Of a DNA stretch of 64,000 bases, positions 1 through 20,718 are shown in pieces. The notes beneath the pieces were generated by a model. The model worked only from the letters and a program-made list of their open reading frames with translations, ran no database searches and was not told the origin of the DNA. The translations under genes were made by a program, and so were the position numbers. Position 1 is the stretch's first letter; every line of letters starts with the position of its first letter. The stretch comes from Eimeria praecox (taxonomy: Eukaryota): assembly GCA_963920595.1 (NCBI GenBank), contig OY986947.1, positions 1,860,001 to 1,924,000 on the forward strand. Direction: 5' to 3'.

Positions 1-240
1 ATATATAAATTTATAGATATGCAGGGTTGTAGGTAGACATGTTGATATAGATATACTATTCTCTTATATATATATGTATATATATATATAATAAATTATA
101 TAAAATATATAAATTATCTCTATTATATTATATATATATTATAAGTTCTATATATTATATACAGAGAAGAGAGATTAAAGAGCAACACATAAACAAACAA
201 ATCAAAAAAAATATGGAGGCATACACCTAAATATATACAC

Positions 241-433
241 CTAAAAACCCTAAACCCTAAACCCTAAACCCTAAACCCTAAACCCTAACCCCTAACTCCT
301 AAACCCTACAGATAACATGAGTAGATAAACATTCAAACAAACACACAGCAGCACCCCAACCCTACTCTCTCCACCCCTAACCCCTCCACCCCTAAACCCT
401 AAACCCTAAACCCCTAAACCCTAAACCCTAAAC
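241..433. repeat. Interstitial telomere-like (AAACCCT)n repeats in FEN1 intron 1
   Basis: Tandem AAACCCT and variants directly after the splice donor. Confidence 0.9.
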
Positions 434-438
434 CGTAC

Positions 439-662
439 CTGGTAGCTCTCGCTAGCATGCCAGCAATATGGCTAGTAACATTTCCTGCCTCATCAGTTAG
501 ATTCGTAAAAGTGTTTGTATCTCTCACAGCAGTTAGGAATTGATAGAGAGCCATAGAAGCATCGATAGCTATCGTTCTACCTTGTAGAGAACATCTTGTC
601 TCGGTATGAATAGAAGAAGGAGCATGATCTGCTAGAAACTTCATTAAACCCTTTATACCCAT
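439..662 (-). CDS. FEN1: Flap endonuclease 1, first coding exon (gene continues beyond the window start)
   Basis: MGIKGLMKFLAD...GRTIAIDASMALYQFL...GNVTSHIAGM matches the XPG-N/FEN1 N-terminus. The exon ends at an AG|gtacgg donor (intron starts at 438). Confidence 0.93.
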
Positions 663-1262
663 CGTTATTTTATATTTATATTTATATTTATATCTATATT
701 TATATCTATATTTATATCTATATTTATATTTATATTTATATTTATATTTGAAATATAATTTAATTTAATACAATGTACAAAAAAATATATATTTTTCTAT
801 ATATATTTATATATATTTATATATATATATATATATATTTAAGCTGAGGTGTATAGACAGAGTAGTGTAGTATATATATAACAAGCAGATATAGAATAAA
901 CTCGATACAAGTATAAAAAGAAAGAATAAGAAGATATGAATATCAAATTTATGATATAAATGTTTTAAATAATAATTAAAATAAAATAAAATTAAAAAAT
1001 AAATAAAATTTAAATCAAATTCAGAAAAAGAAGAAGAAGAAGAATATATAAATGGTAGCTGCGTATACACCCCAGAAGAAGCATCAACAGATATAAATAT
1101 TAAGAGAGAAGAAAGAACAATATCTCTCTCTCTAAACCCTAAACCCTAAACCCTAAACCCTAATAAACCCTAATTTAATATTTAAATTAAATTAAATACA
1201 ACAAACAATCATAAACTTCTTCTCCCAAGCTGCCTATACACCCCAGGGGTTGTATAGGGTTG

Positions 1263-1297
<35 letters not shown>

Positions 1298-1455
1298 GAA
1301 GAGCCCCTCAAGTGTATAGACAGCTTAATTAAAAGAATATATATATATATTTTAATATATTAAATTATAATATTTTATATTATTTCTTTGTTTTCTTCAT
1401 AAATACACAAACAAATACAACAAACACTCAAGGACATAGACCATCGGCTTGGGGG

Positions 1456-1518
<63 letters not shown>

Positions 1519-1938
1519 AGCACTAAGTCTTTGTTTGCTGTGCATGCATCTCGATTATTTTTGTTATTTATTTATTCTGGTAGCATTATTGTTTTTTATT
1601 TACTGCGTTATAAATAAACAAACAACAATTAAATATATTTGGAGGAAACTACCAAGACACGCCGCTGTCGTGTCTTGTAGCTGCAGCAACTGGCTACGCC
1701 GCATGCAGCAGCAGCAGCAGCAGTAGTTGTTGTAGTAGTTGTAGTTGAAGCTGATGCTGCAGCAGCAGCAGACAGCAGCAACAGACAGCAGCAGCAGCAG
1801 CAGGTGTGCGTAGCTAAGAGCACAGAAGAAGGTGCAGCAGCAGCAGCAGCAACAACAACAACAGTAGCAGCAGAACTAGCAGCAGCAGCAGCAGCAGCAG
1901 CAGGACCACGTTGTGCTGCTTCTGTCTCCTAGAGTATG

Positions 1939-1991
<53 letters not shown>

Positions 1992-2627
1992 AGTCTGCAT
2001 GCATGCAGCAGCAAAAGATACACCTCAGTCTCTCTTTTAAGTCTTCTGTATGACCCTGGGGTGTATAGGCAGCTACAGCAGCAGCAAGTAGAAGCAGCTT
2101 CTAGTGTATACAAATATAATAAAATAATATTTATATAAATATAAACGTAGTTAGATAGACAGACAAATAGATATAAAGAATAGCTATATATAAGTATATA
2201 AATATAAATATATAAATATATTCATATATATAAATATATAAATAAATATAAATAAATATAAATAAATATAAATATATAAATATAAAGGCAACTAGAAGCA
2301 TAATGTCTTAAACTACGAAGCTACAGAGGACATAAAAACAAAATAAAATAAAATAAGATAAAAAATAAAATAAAATAAAATAAAATAAAAAATAAAGAAA
2401 GAAGTTTGGATGCATTCAGACTTGACAGTAGCAGCAACTGCAGCAACTGCAGCAGCAGCAGCAGCAGCAGCAGCATCAAGAACAGCTGCAGCAGCAGGTT
2501 TAGATTAGGGTTTAGGGTTTGAAGCAATAGCTGAGGTGTATCTGCAGCTGCTGCCGATGAGATATTCAGCTGCAAGGGCGGCCAACGCTGGCAGCCCTCC
2601 TCCCCTCTCTCTGCTGCTGCTGCTGCT

Positions 2628-2678
<51 letters not shown>

Positions 2679-2749
2679 AGCGGGAGGACAGAACAGCAGC
2701 AGGGGGCGAGTTGTTGCATGCAGCAGCAGCAGCCTACGCCTTAGAAAAG

Positions 2750-2757
2750 ATGGTACT

Positions 2758-2790
<33 letters not shown>

Positions 2791-2796
2791 GCAGCA

Positions 2797-2833
<37 letters not shown>

Positions 2834-2971
2834 CAACAGCAGCAGCAGCAGGAGCTTCTCCTCAGTAGTGAGGAGGCATGGCTAGAGATACAGCTGCAGC
2901 AGGAGCTGCAGCAGCTGCTGCAGCAAGAGCAGCAGCAAGAGCAGCAGCAAGAGCAGCACGGGCTCATATCA

Positions 2972-3002
<31 letters not shown>

Positions 3003-3596
3003 TTCAAACAGATGAAGAGGAGGGAGAGGAAGAGCTGTCTCCTTCTGTTGTATTTAAACAAAGAAACAGAAAATATTTGCTGCTGTCTGACTCCATTCCT
3101 GCTGCTGCTGCTGCTGCTGCTGCACCTGCTGCTGCTGCAGCAGCAGCAGCAGCTGCTGCTGCTGCTGCTGCTGCACCTGCTGCTGCTGCAGCAGCAGCAG
3201 CAGCTGCTGCTGCTGCTGCTGCTGCAGCAAGTGGCATTTGCTGCAGTGAAAAGGAAAGAAAGAAAGATATAAAGACAGCAGCAACAACAAAAATAAATAT
3301 AAAGAGACAGAGAGAGACACAAAGAGAGACAGAGACAGAGACAGACAGAGAAGAAGAGACAGAGACAGAGACAGAGACAGAGACAGAGACAGACAGAGAA
3401 GAAGAGACAGAGGAGACAGAGACAGAGAGAGAAGAAGAGACAGAGGAGACAGAGACAGAGGAGACAGAGACAGAAGAAGATACAGCAGACTATCATCATA
3501 TTCTTCTCCTACGTTTGACGGGAGAATGTAAACACCAAATCATAAAAACTAAAACTGCTGCAGCAATGCTGCAGCAGACACTCGAAGATATCGCAG

Positions 3597-3657
<61 letters not shown>

Positions 3658-4031
3658 GCAAGAGGAACAGCAGCTGTCTGCGTCTGTGTCAGCTGCAGCA
3701 GCTGAAAGTATTCAACCACATTCTGCTGCTGCTGCTGCTGCTGCTCCTGCTGCTGCTGCTGCTGCTGCTGCTCCTGCTGCTGCTGCTGCTGCTGCCTCAG
3801 ATGAGGCTGCTGCTGCTGCTTTTGAAGAAGCCGTCAATGCGCCGGCCTCCCCCACTGGAGCCTCTGCATGCACGCAGCAGCAGCAGCAGCAGCAGCAGCA
3901 GACACAGCAGCAGCAGCAGCAGCAGACACAGCAGCAGCAGCAGCAGCAGACACAGCAGCAGCACGAAGCATGCAGGGGCTTAGAGCAGCAGACAGACGAG
4001 CGCGTAGCCCACGATGTTCCCCCCAAGGCAA

Positions 4032-4064
<33 letters not shown>

Positions 4065-4481
4065 CAACAACAGCAGCAACAACAGCAACAACAGCAGCAA
4101 CAACAGCAACAACAGCAGCAGCAACAGCAGCAGCAACAGCAGCAGCAGCAGCAGCAGCAGGTGTGTGCAGCGAAACCCTGGAAGAGTTTATAATGAAAGG
4201 TAGAAACAGAGAAGACCCCACAGATCTGAAAGCAGCAAGACAGGAGCAGCAGCAGCTGCAGCAGCAGCTGCAGAGATTAGATAGAGAAGCTGTCTTGCTG
4301 CAGCAGCAGCAGCAAACAGCTCGAATGCAGCAGCAGCAGCAGCAGCAGCAACATGAAATGAAGATGAAGCAGCTACAGCAGAAAATTAGAAGACATATAT
4401 ATAAGGAGACACTTAAAGAAGAAACGAGAAGGAGACACATCTACGCTCAGCTGCAATTAATCCCTCAACCGCAGACAAATG

Positions 4482-4524
<43 letters not shown>

Positions 4525-4781
4525 AGTTGATGGTGGGGTTGCTGCTGTTGCAGCAGAAAGTCCCCTTCGATATCTATTTGCAAATGTGGGGCCCGTCCAG
4601 CAGCAACAGCAGCAGCAGCAACAGCAGCAGCAGCAGACAGACAGCAGCAGGCATATCTCGGGTGTATCGACAGCTCCTGCTGCAGCAATTCTTCATGAAG
4701 AGACACCTCTGCAGCAGCAGCAGCAGCAGCAGCAGCAAATAGAACTGTATCTGGGTGCCCTGGGAGGCAGCAGCAAATCAA

Positions 4782-4812
<31 letters not shown>

Positions 4813-4878
4813 TATTGCAACAGCTGCTGCTGCAGTGGGATGCAGGTTAGTGAAACCACGTGTCTCCGCTCACAACAG

Positions 4879-4916
<38 letters not shown>

Positions 4917-5136
4917 GGATTGCTGTAGTGTTGCTGCTGTTCGTGTTGCTCCTGTTCGTGTTGCTGCTGCTGCTACTGTTGCTGCTGCTGCTGCTGCTAC
5001 TGTTGCTGCTGCTGCTGCTGCAACTGTTGCTGCTGCTGCTGCGAGTTTTGCAGCATGTGTTGCAGCAGCAGCAGCAGCAGCTCCAGTTAGTGCTGTTACT
5101 GCTTATACCGCTTCAACTGCTGCTGCTGCTGCTGCC

Positions 5137-5185
<49 letters not shown>

Positions 5186-5305
5186 GTGTTTGTGCTTTAG
5201 GTTTCTAACTCGTTCGCGAGAGGAGCAGGAGACGCATTTAATGAGCACAGAGGAATTCATACAAAGGAGATATAATATACTCCTTCAAGAAAGGAGACAG
5301 TTAGT

Positions 5306-5337
<32 letters not shown>

Positions 5338-5400
5338 TTGCTGCTGCTGCTGCTGCTGCTGTTGCTGCTGCTTTTGTTGCTGCTGCTGCTGCTGTTGCTC

Positions 5401-5432
<32 letters not shown>

Positions 5433-5573
5433 TTTGTTGCTGCTGCTGCTGTTGATGGGCTTGCTGATGCTGTTTCTGATGGTGCTGCTGCTGCTGCTAC
5501 TGCTGCTGTTGATGCTGTTGCTGCTGCTGCTATATATATTGTTATTGCTGCTGCTGCTGCTGCTGCTGCTACA

Positions 5574-5610
<37 letters not shown>

Positions 5611-5714
5611 ATGCATATCGAGGGTAGCAGCAAATAGGAGACAGCAACATCCAACATAGTATTTAGAGACAAATAAATAAATAAGAGAAAGAGAGAAAGC
5701 AGACAGAAAGAGAC

Positions 5715-5804
<90 letters not shown>

Positions 5805-5868
5805 GGACAGAGACAGAGACAGAGAGAGGGAGAAAGACAGAGAGAGGCAGACAGAAAGAGAGAGAGAC

Positions 5869-5918
<50 letters not shown>

Positions 5919-6078
5919 ACCTGCTGCTGCTTCTGTGTCTTCTTTGTTTTATTTGTTTATTTTCAGAGAAGAAGAGAATTTACTAGCAGCAGAAGATAGG
6001 AGAAGTCGTGAGGTGTATAGACAGCAGCAGCAGATAATGTTTGAGTGGCCGCAGATGTTAATAGAAGACATGCGCGCA

Positions 6079-6124
<46 letters not shown>

Positions 6125-6440
6125 TGCTACAGAAGTGTCTTCTCTTTGTGTCTCGTATAGAAGCAGCAGCAGCTAAGCTACAGCAGCAGCAGCAGCAGCA
6201 GGTGTTTGTTGGCTGGCTCCATACAACGAGAGCTGCTGCTGCAGCAGAGAAACAGCAGCATGCTGCTCTGCTGCTGCAGCAGTTCTGGCGGCGGCGCATG
6301 CAGCAGCAGCAGCAGCTGCTGCTGCTGCAGCAGCAAAAGAGAACTGCAGCAGCAACAAAGCTAGCAGCAGCAGTATGTCGTCTCCTCAGCAGCAGCAGCA
6401 GCAGACAGCAGCAATATATTCTAGAGCTGCTGCAGCAACA

Positions 6441-6499
<59 letters not shown>

Positions 6500-7311
6500 T
6501 AAAAATACAAGCAATAGGGAGAGGATACATACAACGCAAGATGTGGAAGAAGCAGCGGCTGCTGCTGCTGCTGCAGCAGCAGCAGCAGCAGAATGAGGTG
6601 TATAGACACCGCATTCTGCTGCTGCAGGCAGTATGGAGAGGCGCAGCAACAAGACAGAGATTGAGGAGACAGGGACAGAGGCTGCCGTGTGATAAGATAA
6701 AACATAAACATGCAACGAAAATACAAGTATTATTATTTAATTAATTTAATTTAATTAATTTAATTTAATTAATTTAATTTAATTAATTTAATTAATTTTA
6801 TTAATTTTATTTAATTTAATTAATTTAATTAATTTTATTTAATTTAATTAAGTAAATTAATTTAATTTAATTAATTTAATTTAATTAATTTAATTAATTT
6901 AATTTAATTTAATTTAATTTAATTTAATTTAATTTAATTTAATTAATTTAATTAAGTAAATTAATTTAATAAAGTAAATAAAGGAAATTAAGTAAATTAA
7001 ATAAATTAAATAAATTAAATAAATTAAATAAATTAAATAAATTAAATAAATTAAATAAATTAAATAAATTAAATAAATCATATAAATTAAATAAATTAAA
7101 TAAATCAAATAAATTAAATAAATTAACTAAATTAACTAAATATATTTTGTTTATCTTGTCTCCTTGTCAAGGCTTCAGGTGTATATGCACTGCAATAAAC
7201 TTCTGTCTCTTCTCTGTCTCTTCTTCTCTGTCTCTCTTTGTCTTTTCTTTTATTATCTGTCTCCGCCATTTGTATTTTCTGTCTCCTTCTCTCTTTCTTT
7301 CTTGTATTATC

Positions 7312-7372
<61 letters not shown>

Positions 7373-7422
7373 ATCTCTCTATCTCTCTATCTATCTCTCT
7401 ATCTATTTATCTATCTAGCTAT

Positions 7423-7480
<58 letters not shown>

Positions 7481-7555
7481 CTCTATCTATTTATTTATTA
7501 TTTTTTTAGTTAATTGTATCTTTCTATATTAATTAATTAATATTATTATTAAAAT

Positions 7556-7589
<34 letters not shown>

Positions 7590-7688
7590 AGTTGTTTGTG
7601 TCTTTGTCTTTGTCTTTTATTTAATTCTTATCCTCAGGCTGTCTTTACTTGTTTAGCCCCATATATATTAATTAATATATTAATACTA

Positions 7689-7723
<35 letters not shown>

Positions 7724-7741
7724 TAAATAAATGTATATATG

Positions 7742-7809
<68 letters not shown>

Positions 7810-7820
7810 ATCATATATAC

Positions 7821-7853
<33 letters not shown>

Positions 7854-7869
7854 CAATTATATATATATG

Positions 7870-7924
<55 letters not shown>

Positions 7925-8440
7925 GTGTGTTGTTATACGCAGGCTGTCTTTCGAGGTTACAGTCTGCGGTGTCTGTTGCATGCAACACATAAATTTGTCT
8001 CTGGTCTTCACAATAAAATTGATGCTGCTTTAGAGGAGATAGATAAACTTACACTGTCTCCTATCTATCCTCTGTCTCCTTCTATCTCCCCTTCTATCTC
8101 TCCTTCTATCTCCCCTCCTCTGTCTCCTTCATCAAAACAGAGACACACAAACAGGGGACAAGGGGCCCCCTGGGGCCCCTGGGGGAAGGCCCCATGGTGG
8201 GTACCCAGGGGGGGGCCCCCCTGGGTACCCACCACGGGGGCCCCCTGGGTACCCTGGGGGGGGGCCCCCTGGGTACCCGGGGGCCCCTGGGGGCCCCAAG
8301 GGTCTTTCTCTCTCTTACCCCTCAACCTGGGGCCCCTGAAGCAGCTGCAGCTACCGAGGGACTTCACCGATAAAATACAAAACTTATACAGACAAACATC
8401 CTCCTACAGACAGCAGCAGCAGCAGCAGCAACAGCAGCAA

Positions 8441-8472
<32 letters not shown>

Positions 8473-8758
8473 GCAAGAGCAAGAGCACCAACAGAAACAG
8501 AAACAGCAGCAGCAACAGCAACAGCAACAACAGCAGCAACAGCAGCAACAGCAGCAGCAACAGCAGCAACAGCAGCAGCAACAGCAGCAACAGCAGCAAC
8601 AGCAGCAGCAACAGGAGCAACAGCAGCAGCAACAGCAGCAACAGCAGCAACAGCAGCAGCAGAAGCAGCGAGAACAACAGTCTAAGGAGCAGCAGCAGCT
8701 GCTGCGAGAAGACACAGAGCTCAGCAGACTGCAGCAGCAATGTGAGGCCGAAGCCAAA

Positions 8759-8790
<32 letters not shown>

Positions 8791-8926
8791 ACAGCAGCAG
8801 CAGCATGCAGCAGCAACTGAGGCCGAGCAAAGGCAACAATGTAGGCAGACACAGCAGCAGCAGCAACAACAACAGCAACAGCAGCAGCAACAGCAGCAAC
8901 AGCCAGCAACGAGCAGCAGCAAGCAG

Positions 8927-8984
<58 letters not shown>

Positions 8985-9093
8985 AGCAGCAGCACACCGA
9001 CAGAGTTCTTTTGTCTCCTGAAGCAGACCGTACCGCTTCCACCCTTGAGTGAGCTGTCTCTCCAGCTGCTGCTGCTGTTGCTGCTGCTGCTGT

Positions 9094-9128
<35 letters not shown>

Positions 9129-9462
9129 CTGTTGCTGCTGCTGTTGCTGCTGCTATTGCTGCTGCTGTTGCTGCTGCTGTTACTGCTGCTGTTGCTGCTG
9201 CTGTTGCTGCTGCTATTGCTGCTGCTGTTGCTGCTGCTGTTGCTGCTGCTGTTGCTGCTGCTATTGCTGCTGCTATTGCTGCTGCTGCTGCACAGCATGC
9301 AGGGGAGTGCGCTGCAGCAGCAGCAGCAAATTAGTGAAGGGAGGAGACAGCAGAACGTTTATGTGTCTCCTTTTCTTTTTTTGTATTTGTTTGTTTTTTT
9401 CTGTTTGTGTCTTTCTCTTCTATCTTATTAAACTCTTCTCTCTTTGCTTGCTTCTCTCTCTC

Positions 9463-9504
<42 letters not shown>

Positions 9505-9509
9505 TATAC

Positions 9510-9540
<31 letters not shown>

Positions 9541-9721
9541 GGTAAACATATATCTATATGTTTATATGTCTGTATATATATATATATATATAGATAGATA
9601 GATAGATACATATATATCTGTCTCTCTTTTTGTCTCTCTCTGTGTCTGTGTTTATGTTTTCTTCTGGTTGTGTTTATATCTATATCTATATCTCTGTATA
9701 TACATTAAATATATAACTAAA

Positions 9722-9757
<36 letters not shown>

Positions 9758-10583
9758 ATGTTGAGGTGTATGAGTAGATCCATCTTGTTTTTTCGTTTTT
9801 TTTTGTCTCCTTTTAATCTGTCTCTTCCCTGCATGCATGCATGCATAATCTTTGGGGCTTTGTCTCCTTTCTCTTCTTCTTCTTCTTTTCTTTTATTGTC
9901 TCCTCAGCAAATACACAATGCTCAGACACATCCAACAGCAGCAGCAGCTGCTGCAGCAGCAGCAACAGCAGCAGCAACAGCAGCAGCAACGGCAGCAGCA
10001 ACAGCTGCAACAGCGGCAACAACAGCAACAGCAACAGCAGCAGCAACTGCAGCAGCAGAAACAGCATGAGCAGCAGTCGCAGCAACAGCAGCAACAGAAG
10101 CAACAGCAGCAGCAGCAACAACAGCAGCACCAGCAGCAACAACAACAGCAACAACAACAGCAACAACAACAACAGCAGCACCAGCAGCAACAACAACAGC
10201 AACAGCAGCAACAACAGCGGCAGCAGCAACAACAACAACAGAAACAGCAAGAACAACAACAACAACAGCAGCACCAGCAGCAGCAACAGCAGCAACAGCA
10301 GCAACAGCAACAGCAGCAGCAGAAACAGCAGGAGCAGCAACAGCAACAGCAGCAGCAACAGCAGCAACAGCAGCAGCAGCAGCAGCAGGAGATGGGCCGT
10401 GGAGGTGTTTGTGTGTCTCCTCAATCGTCTTTAGCTCTGTAAGTATTTAATTATTTTATTTTATTTTTATTTTTTATAAATAATAAAAATAAAAAATAAA
10501 TTTGTTTGTTTTGTTTGTTTCTTTTGTCTCTTACGTTTCTTATTTGTATCCATCTCTTATTTATATATTCTCGTGTATGCTGC

Positions 10584-10614
<31 letters not shown>

Positions 10615-10667
10615 TCTCCTGCTGCTGTCTGCTGTCTGCTGTCTGCTGCTGCTGTCTGCTGCTGCTG

Positions 10668-10702
<35 letters not shown>

Positions 10703-10790
10703 ATTAGGGTGTATAAACACCTCTGTCGCACTCGTCAAGAAAGAGCTGCAGCGAGGCCAAGCAGCAAGAAGCTGCTGCAGCTGCTGCCAA

Positions 10791-10822
<32 letters not shown>

Positions 10823-11049
10823 GCAGCAGAGGATACAGGAGACAGAGACAGCATAGAAGGAGACATCAAACTTAACTATGAAGAGAATAGAAACCGAGAA
10901 AATAATATAAATATAAATAAATATAAAATATATAAACAAAATCAATTTAATAAAGGAGACAGAGAACAAAGAAGAAGAGACAGTACAAACAAAACAAATA
11001 GCTACATCTTAAACACATACTCTAGCAGCACCAACATAAAAGGAGACAC

Positions 11050-11104
<55 letters not shown>

Positions 11105-11227
11105 TATAACAGTTTCTTGAATGGATATAACATCAGCAACAAAACCAATAAAATAATAAGAGGAGACAGCAGCACACCCTTGCAGATCCTGAGCCCTTTC
11201 ACACACCCTCAAAGAAAAATATGTTTG

Positions 11228-11300
<73 letters not shown>

Positions 11301-11417
11301 AAGGTTCTTTGTGTCCCCTTTCAGCTTTCTCTCTACAAATTACACACAGTCAAAACAGACAAAGGAGACGAGCAACATTCTCCTCAAACTCCCCCCCAAC
11401 AGCAGCAACAGCAGCAG

Positions 11418-11455
<38 letters not shown>

Positions 11456-11470
11456 GCAACGCCAAGCTAT

Positions 11471-11502
<32 letters not shown>

Positions 11503-11668
11503 GCAGCAGCAACGGTCCTTATCCGCAACATTCATGTCTGCCTTTGGCTTCAAGAAGCCCGGCGTTCTTCTATGGGGAGGCTCACAAACACAGCAGCAGC
11601 AGCAGCAGCAGCAGCAACAGCAACAGCAGCAGCAGCAACAGCAGCAGCGATTCAGACACAGAGGATAG
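2750..11668 (+). CDS. IQ calmodulin-binding-motif protein, Gln/Ala homopolymer-rich, about 6 exons; start codon uncertain
   Basis: Phase-consistent exons ~2750-4845, 5201-5299, 5967-6726, 7943-9048, 9908-10438, 10708-11668, all GT-AG. IQ-like motifs: [24 protein letters not shown], and [11 protein letters not shown], which is reconstituted across the 6727-7942 intron. Confidence 0.68.
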
Positions 11669-11697
11669 AGTTGTAGCTGTCTTCTACATCATAATAC

Positions 11698-11780
<83 letters not shown>

Positions 11781-12142
11781 ATAGAAGGAGACAATAAATT
11801 AAACTGAGGTGTCTCCTCACCTTATTTTCAACACAATATTATTATTTTTTAATTTGTTTTTTTCTTTTGTTTTATTTTATATTTTATATTTTATTTATTT
11901 TTAATCTCAGAATTATAATATCATCTCCTCCTCTCTTTCTTTTCTGTGTATATTATTTATCTCTCTCTTATTTGCCTGTCTCTCTCTCTGTCTCTCTCTC
12001 TTATTTGTGTGTGTCTCTCTCTCTGTCTCTCTCTCTCTGTCTCTCTCTCTCTTATTTGTCTGTCTCTCTCTCTCTGTCTCTCTCTGTCTCTCTCTCATTC
12101 GTCTGTCTCTCTCTCTCTTATTCGTATGTCTCTCTCTCATTC

Positions 12143-12176
<34 letters not shown>

Positions 12177-12335
12177 ATCTATCTCTCGCTCTGTCTCTCT
12201 CTCCCTCTCTCTTATTTGTCTGTCTCTCTCTCTCTCCCTCTCTCTGTTTTTATTTTTATTTTTATTTTATATATTTAAAAACAAAATTCAAAAACTTATT
12301 TGTTTTTCCTTGCACCTCAGTAAACCCTCTACGCG

Positions 12336-12379
<44 letters not shown>

Positions 12380-12654
12380 TTGCTGCTGCTGCTGTCTGGG
12401 TACAAGTGCTGCTGCTGCTGCTGCAGCAGCAGCAGCAGCTACCATTCCTGCTTCTGCTGCTGCTGCTGTTGCTGCTGCATTTGCAGCAACAGCATCTGCT
12501 GCTGTCGCATTTGCTGCCGCTGCAGCAGCAGCAGCAGCAGCAGCAGGAGTTGCTGTTGTGGTGTTGTCCTTACAGCAGCAGCAGCAGCAGCAGCAACCCC
12601 AACAACACCAACACCACCACCACCAACAACAACAGCAGCAGCAGCAGCAATAAT

Positions 12655-19001
<6,347 letters not shown>

Positions 19002-19590
19002 GATGTTAGGGTGGAGTTGTCTGTACAGATGATAGAACGTTGAGTATAATAACACTCCTCTGAGGTGTATAGGCAGCTAAGGAAGGGGGGAGGGGGGCCC
19101 CCGGGGCCCCTGTATGTGTTTCTTTAGATTTATTGGGGGCCCCCTAGGGTCATGGGTTCAACGTTATCTGCTCTGTTAATAGAATAAAAGAAGAAAAGAA
19201 GTAAATAAAACAGAAAAAATAATAAAAATAAATTAAAATATAATTGCGTTAATTGTGAGAGAGTAGTTCTACTGTATATACACCTCAATACGCTTAATGC
19301 TGAGGTGTATATGCAGCTTATATCCCCATTAAATTTTTATTTTTTGAGTTATTAACAAATAATTTTATTATATTTATTTATTTATTTATTTATTTATCAA
19401 ATATTACTCAATAATTGCACAGATATTCATGCATGCAACCATATACTCCTACCCTCTAGGGGGGCCCCAGGGGGCCCCCCGAAGGGGCCCCCAAATATCT
19501 CTATCTCTCTCTTAGCAGAGAAGATAAAATAATAATTATTTAATTTTTAAGAGTATATATATGTATATAGAGAGAGATATCTATATATAG

Positions 19591-19661
<71 letters not shown>

Positions 19662-19755
19662 GATACATATATATAGATATAGATATACATCTATATATAT
19701 CTATATATATCTATATCTATATCTATATCTATATCTATATCTATATATCGATATA

Positions 19756-19795
<40 letters not shown>

Positions 19796-19798
19796 TAG

Positions 19799-19869
<71 letters not shown>

Positions 19870-19909
19870 TAGATAGATAGATAGATATATGGATATATAT
19901 ATCTGTATG

Positions 19910-20000
<91 letters not shown>

Positions 20001-20377
20001 TATATAGATATATAGATATAGATATAGATATATAGATATAGATATAGATATAGATATATAATTTTAATTTGTTTTAATTTAATTAATTAGTTAATTAATT
20101 AATTTCGGTGTATGCAGAGAGAGTTGAAGATTCGTCGGATGTAGGAAGAAGTATAAGAAATATACATCGTATGAGTGTTTGTTGTTTTAATAATTTAATT
20201 TAATTTAATTTAATTTAATTTAATTTAATTTAATTTAATTAATTTAATTTAATTAATTTAATTTAATTAATTTAATTTAATTAATTTTATTTTAATTTAA
20301 TTTAATTCTATTTTATTTTTTTGCTTCTTTTCTTATTCTCCGGAGGCTCAGTTCGATCGACAACGAAGCAACTCTAA

Positions 20378-20399
20378 CGCTGCTGCTGCTGCTGCTGTA

Positions 20400-20430
<31 letters not shown>

Positions 20431-20718
20431 CTGCTGCTGCTGCTGCTGCTGCTGTATCTGCTGCTGCTGTATCTGCTGCTGCTGCTGCTGTATCTGCTGC
20501 TGCTGTATCTGCTGCTGCTGCTGCTGTATCTGCTGCTGCTGTATCTGCTGCTGCTGCTGCTGTATCTGCTGCTGCTGTATCTGCTGCTGCTGCTGCTGTA
20601 TCTGCTGCTGCTGTATCTGCTGCTGCTGCTGCTGTATCTGCTGCTGCTGTATCTGCTGCTGCTGCTGCTGTATCTGCTGCTGCTGCTGCTGTATCTGCTG
20701 CTGCTGTTGCTGCTGCTT
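20378..20718. repeat. CTG-derived minisatellite (GCT)nGTATCT with alternating 15/21-bp units
   Basis: GTATCT interruptions recur at regular spacing within a CTG tract. Confidence 0.85.
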
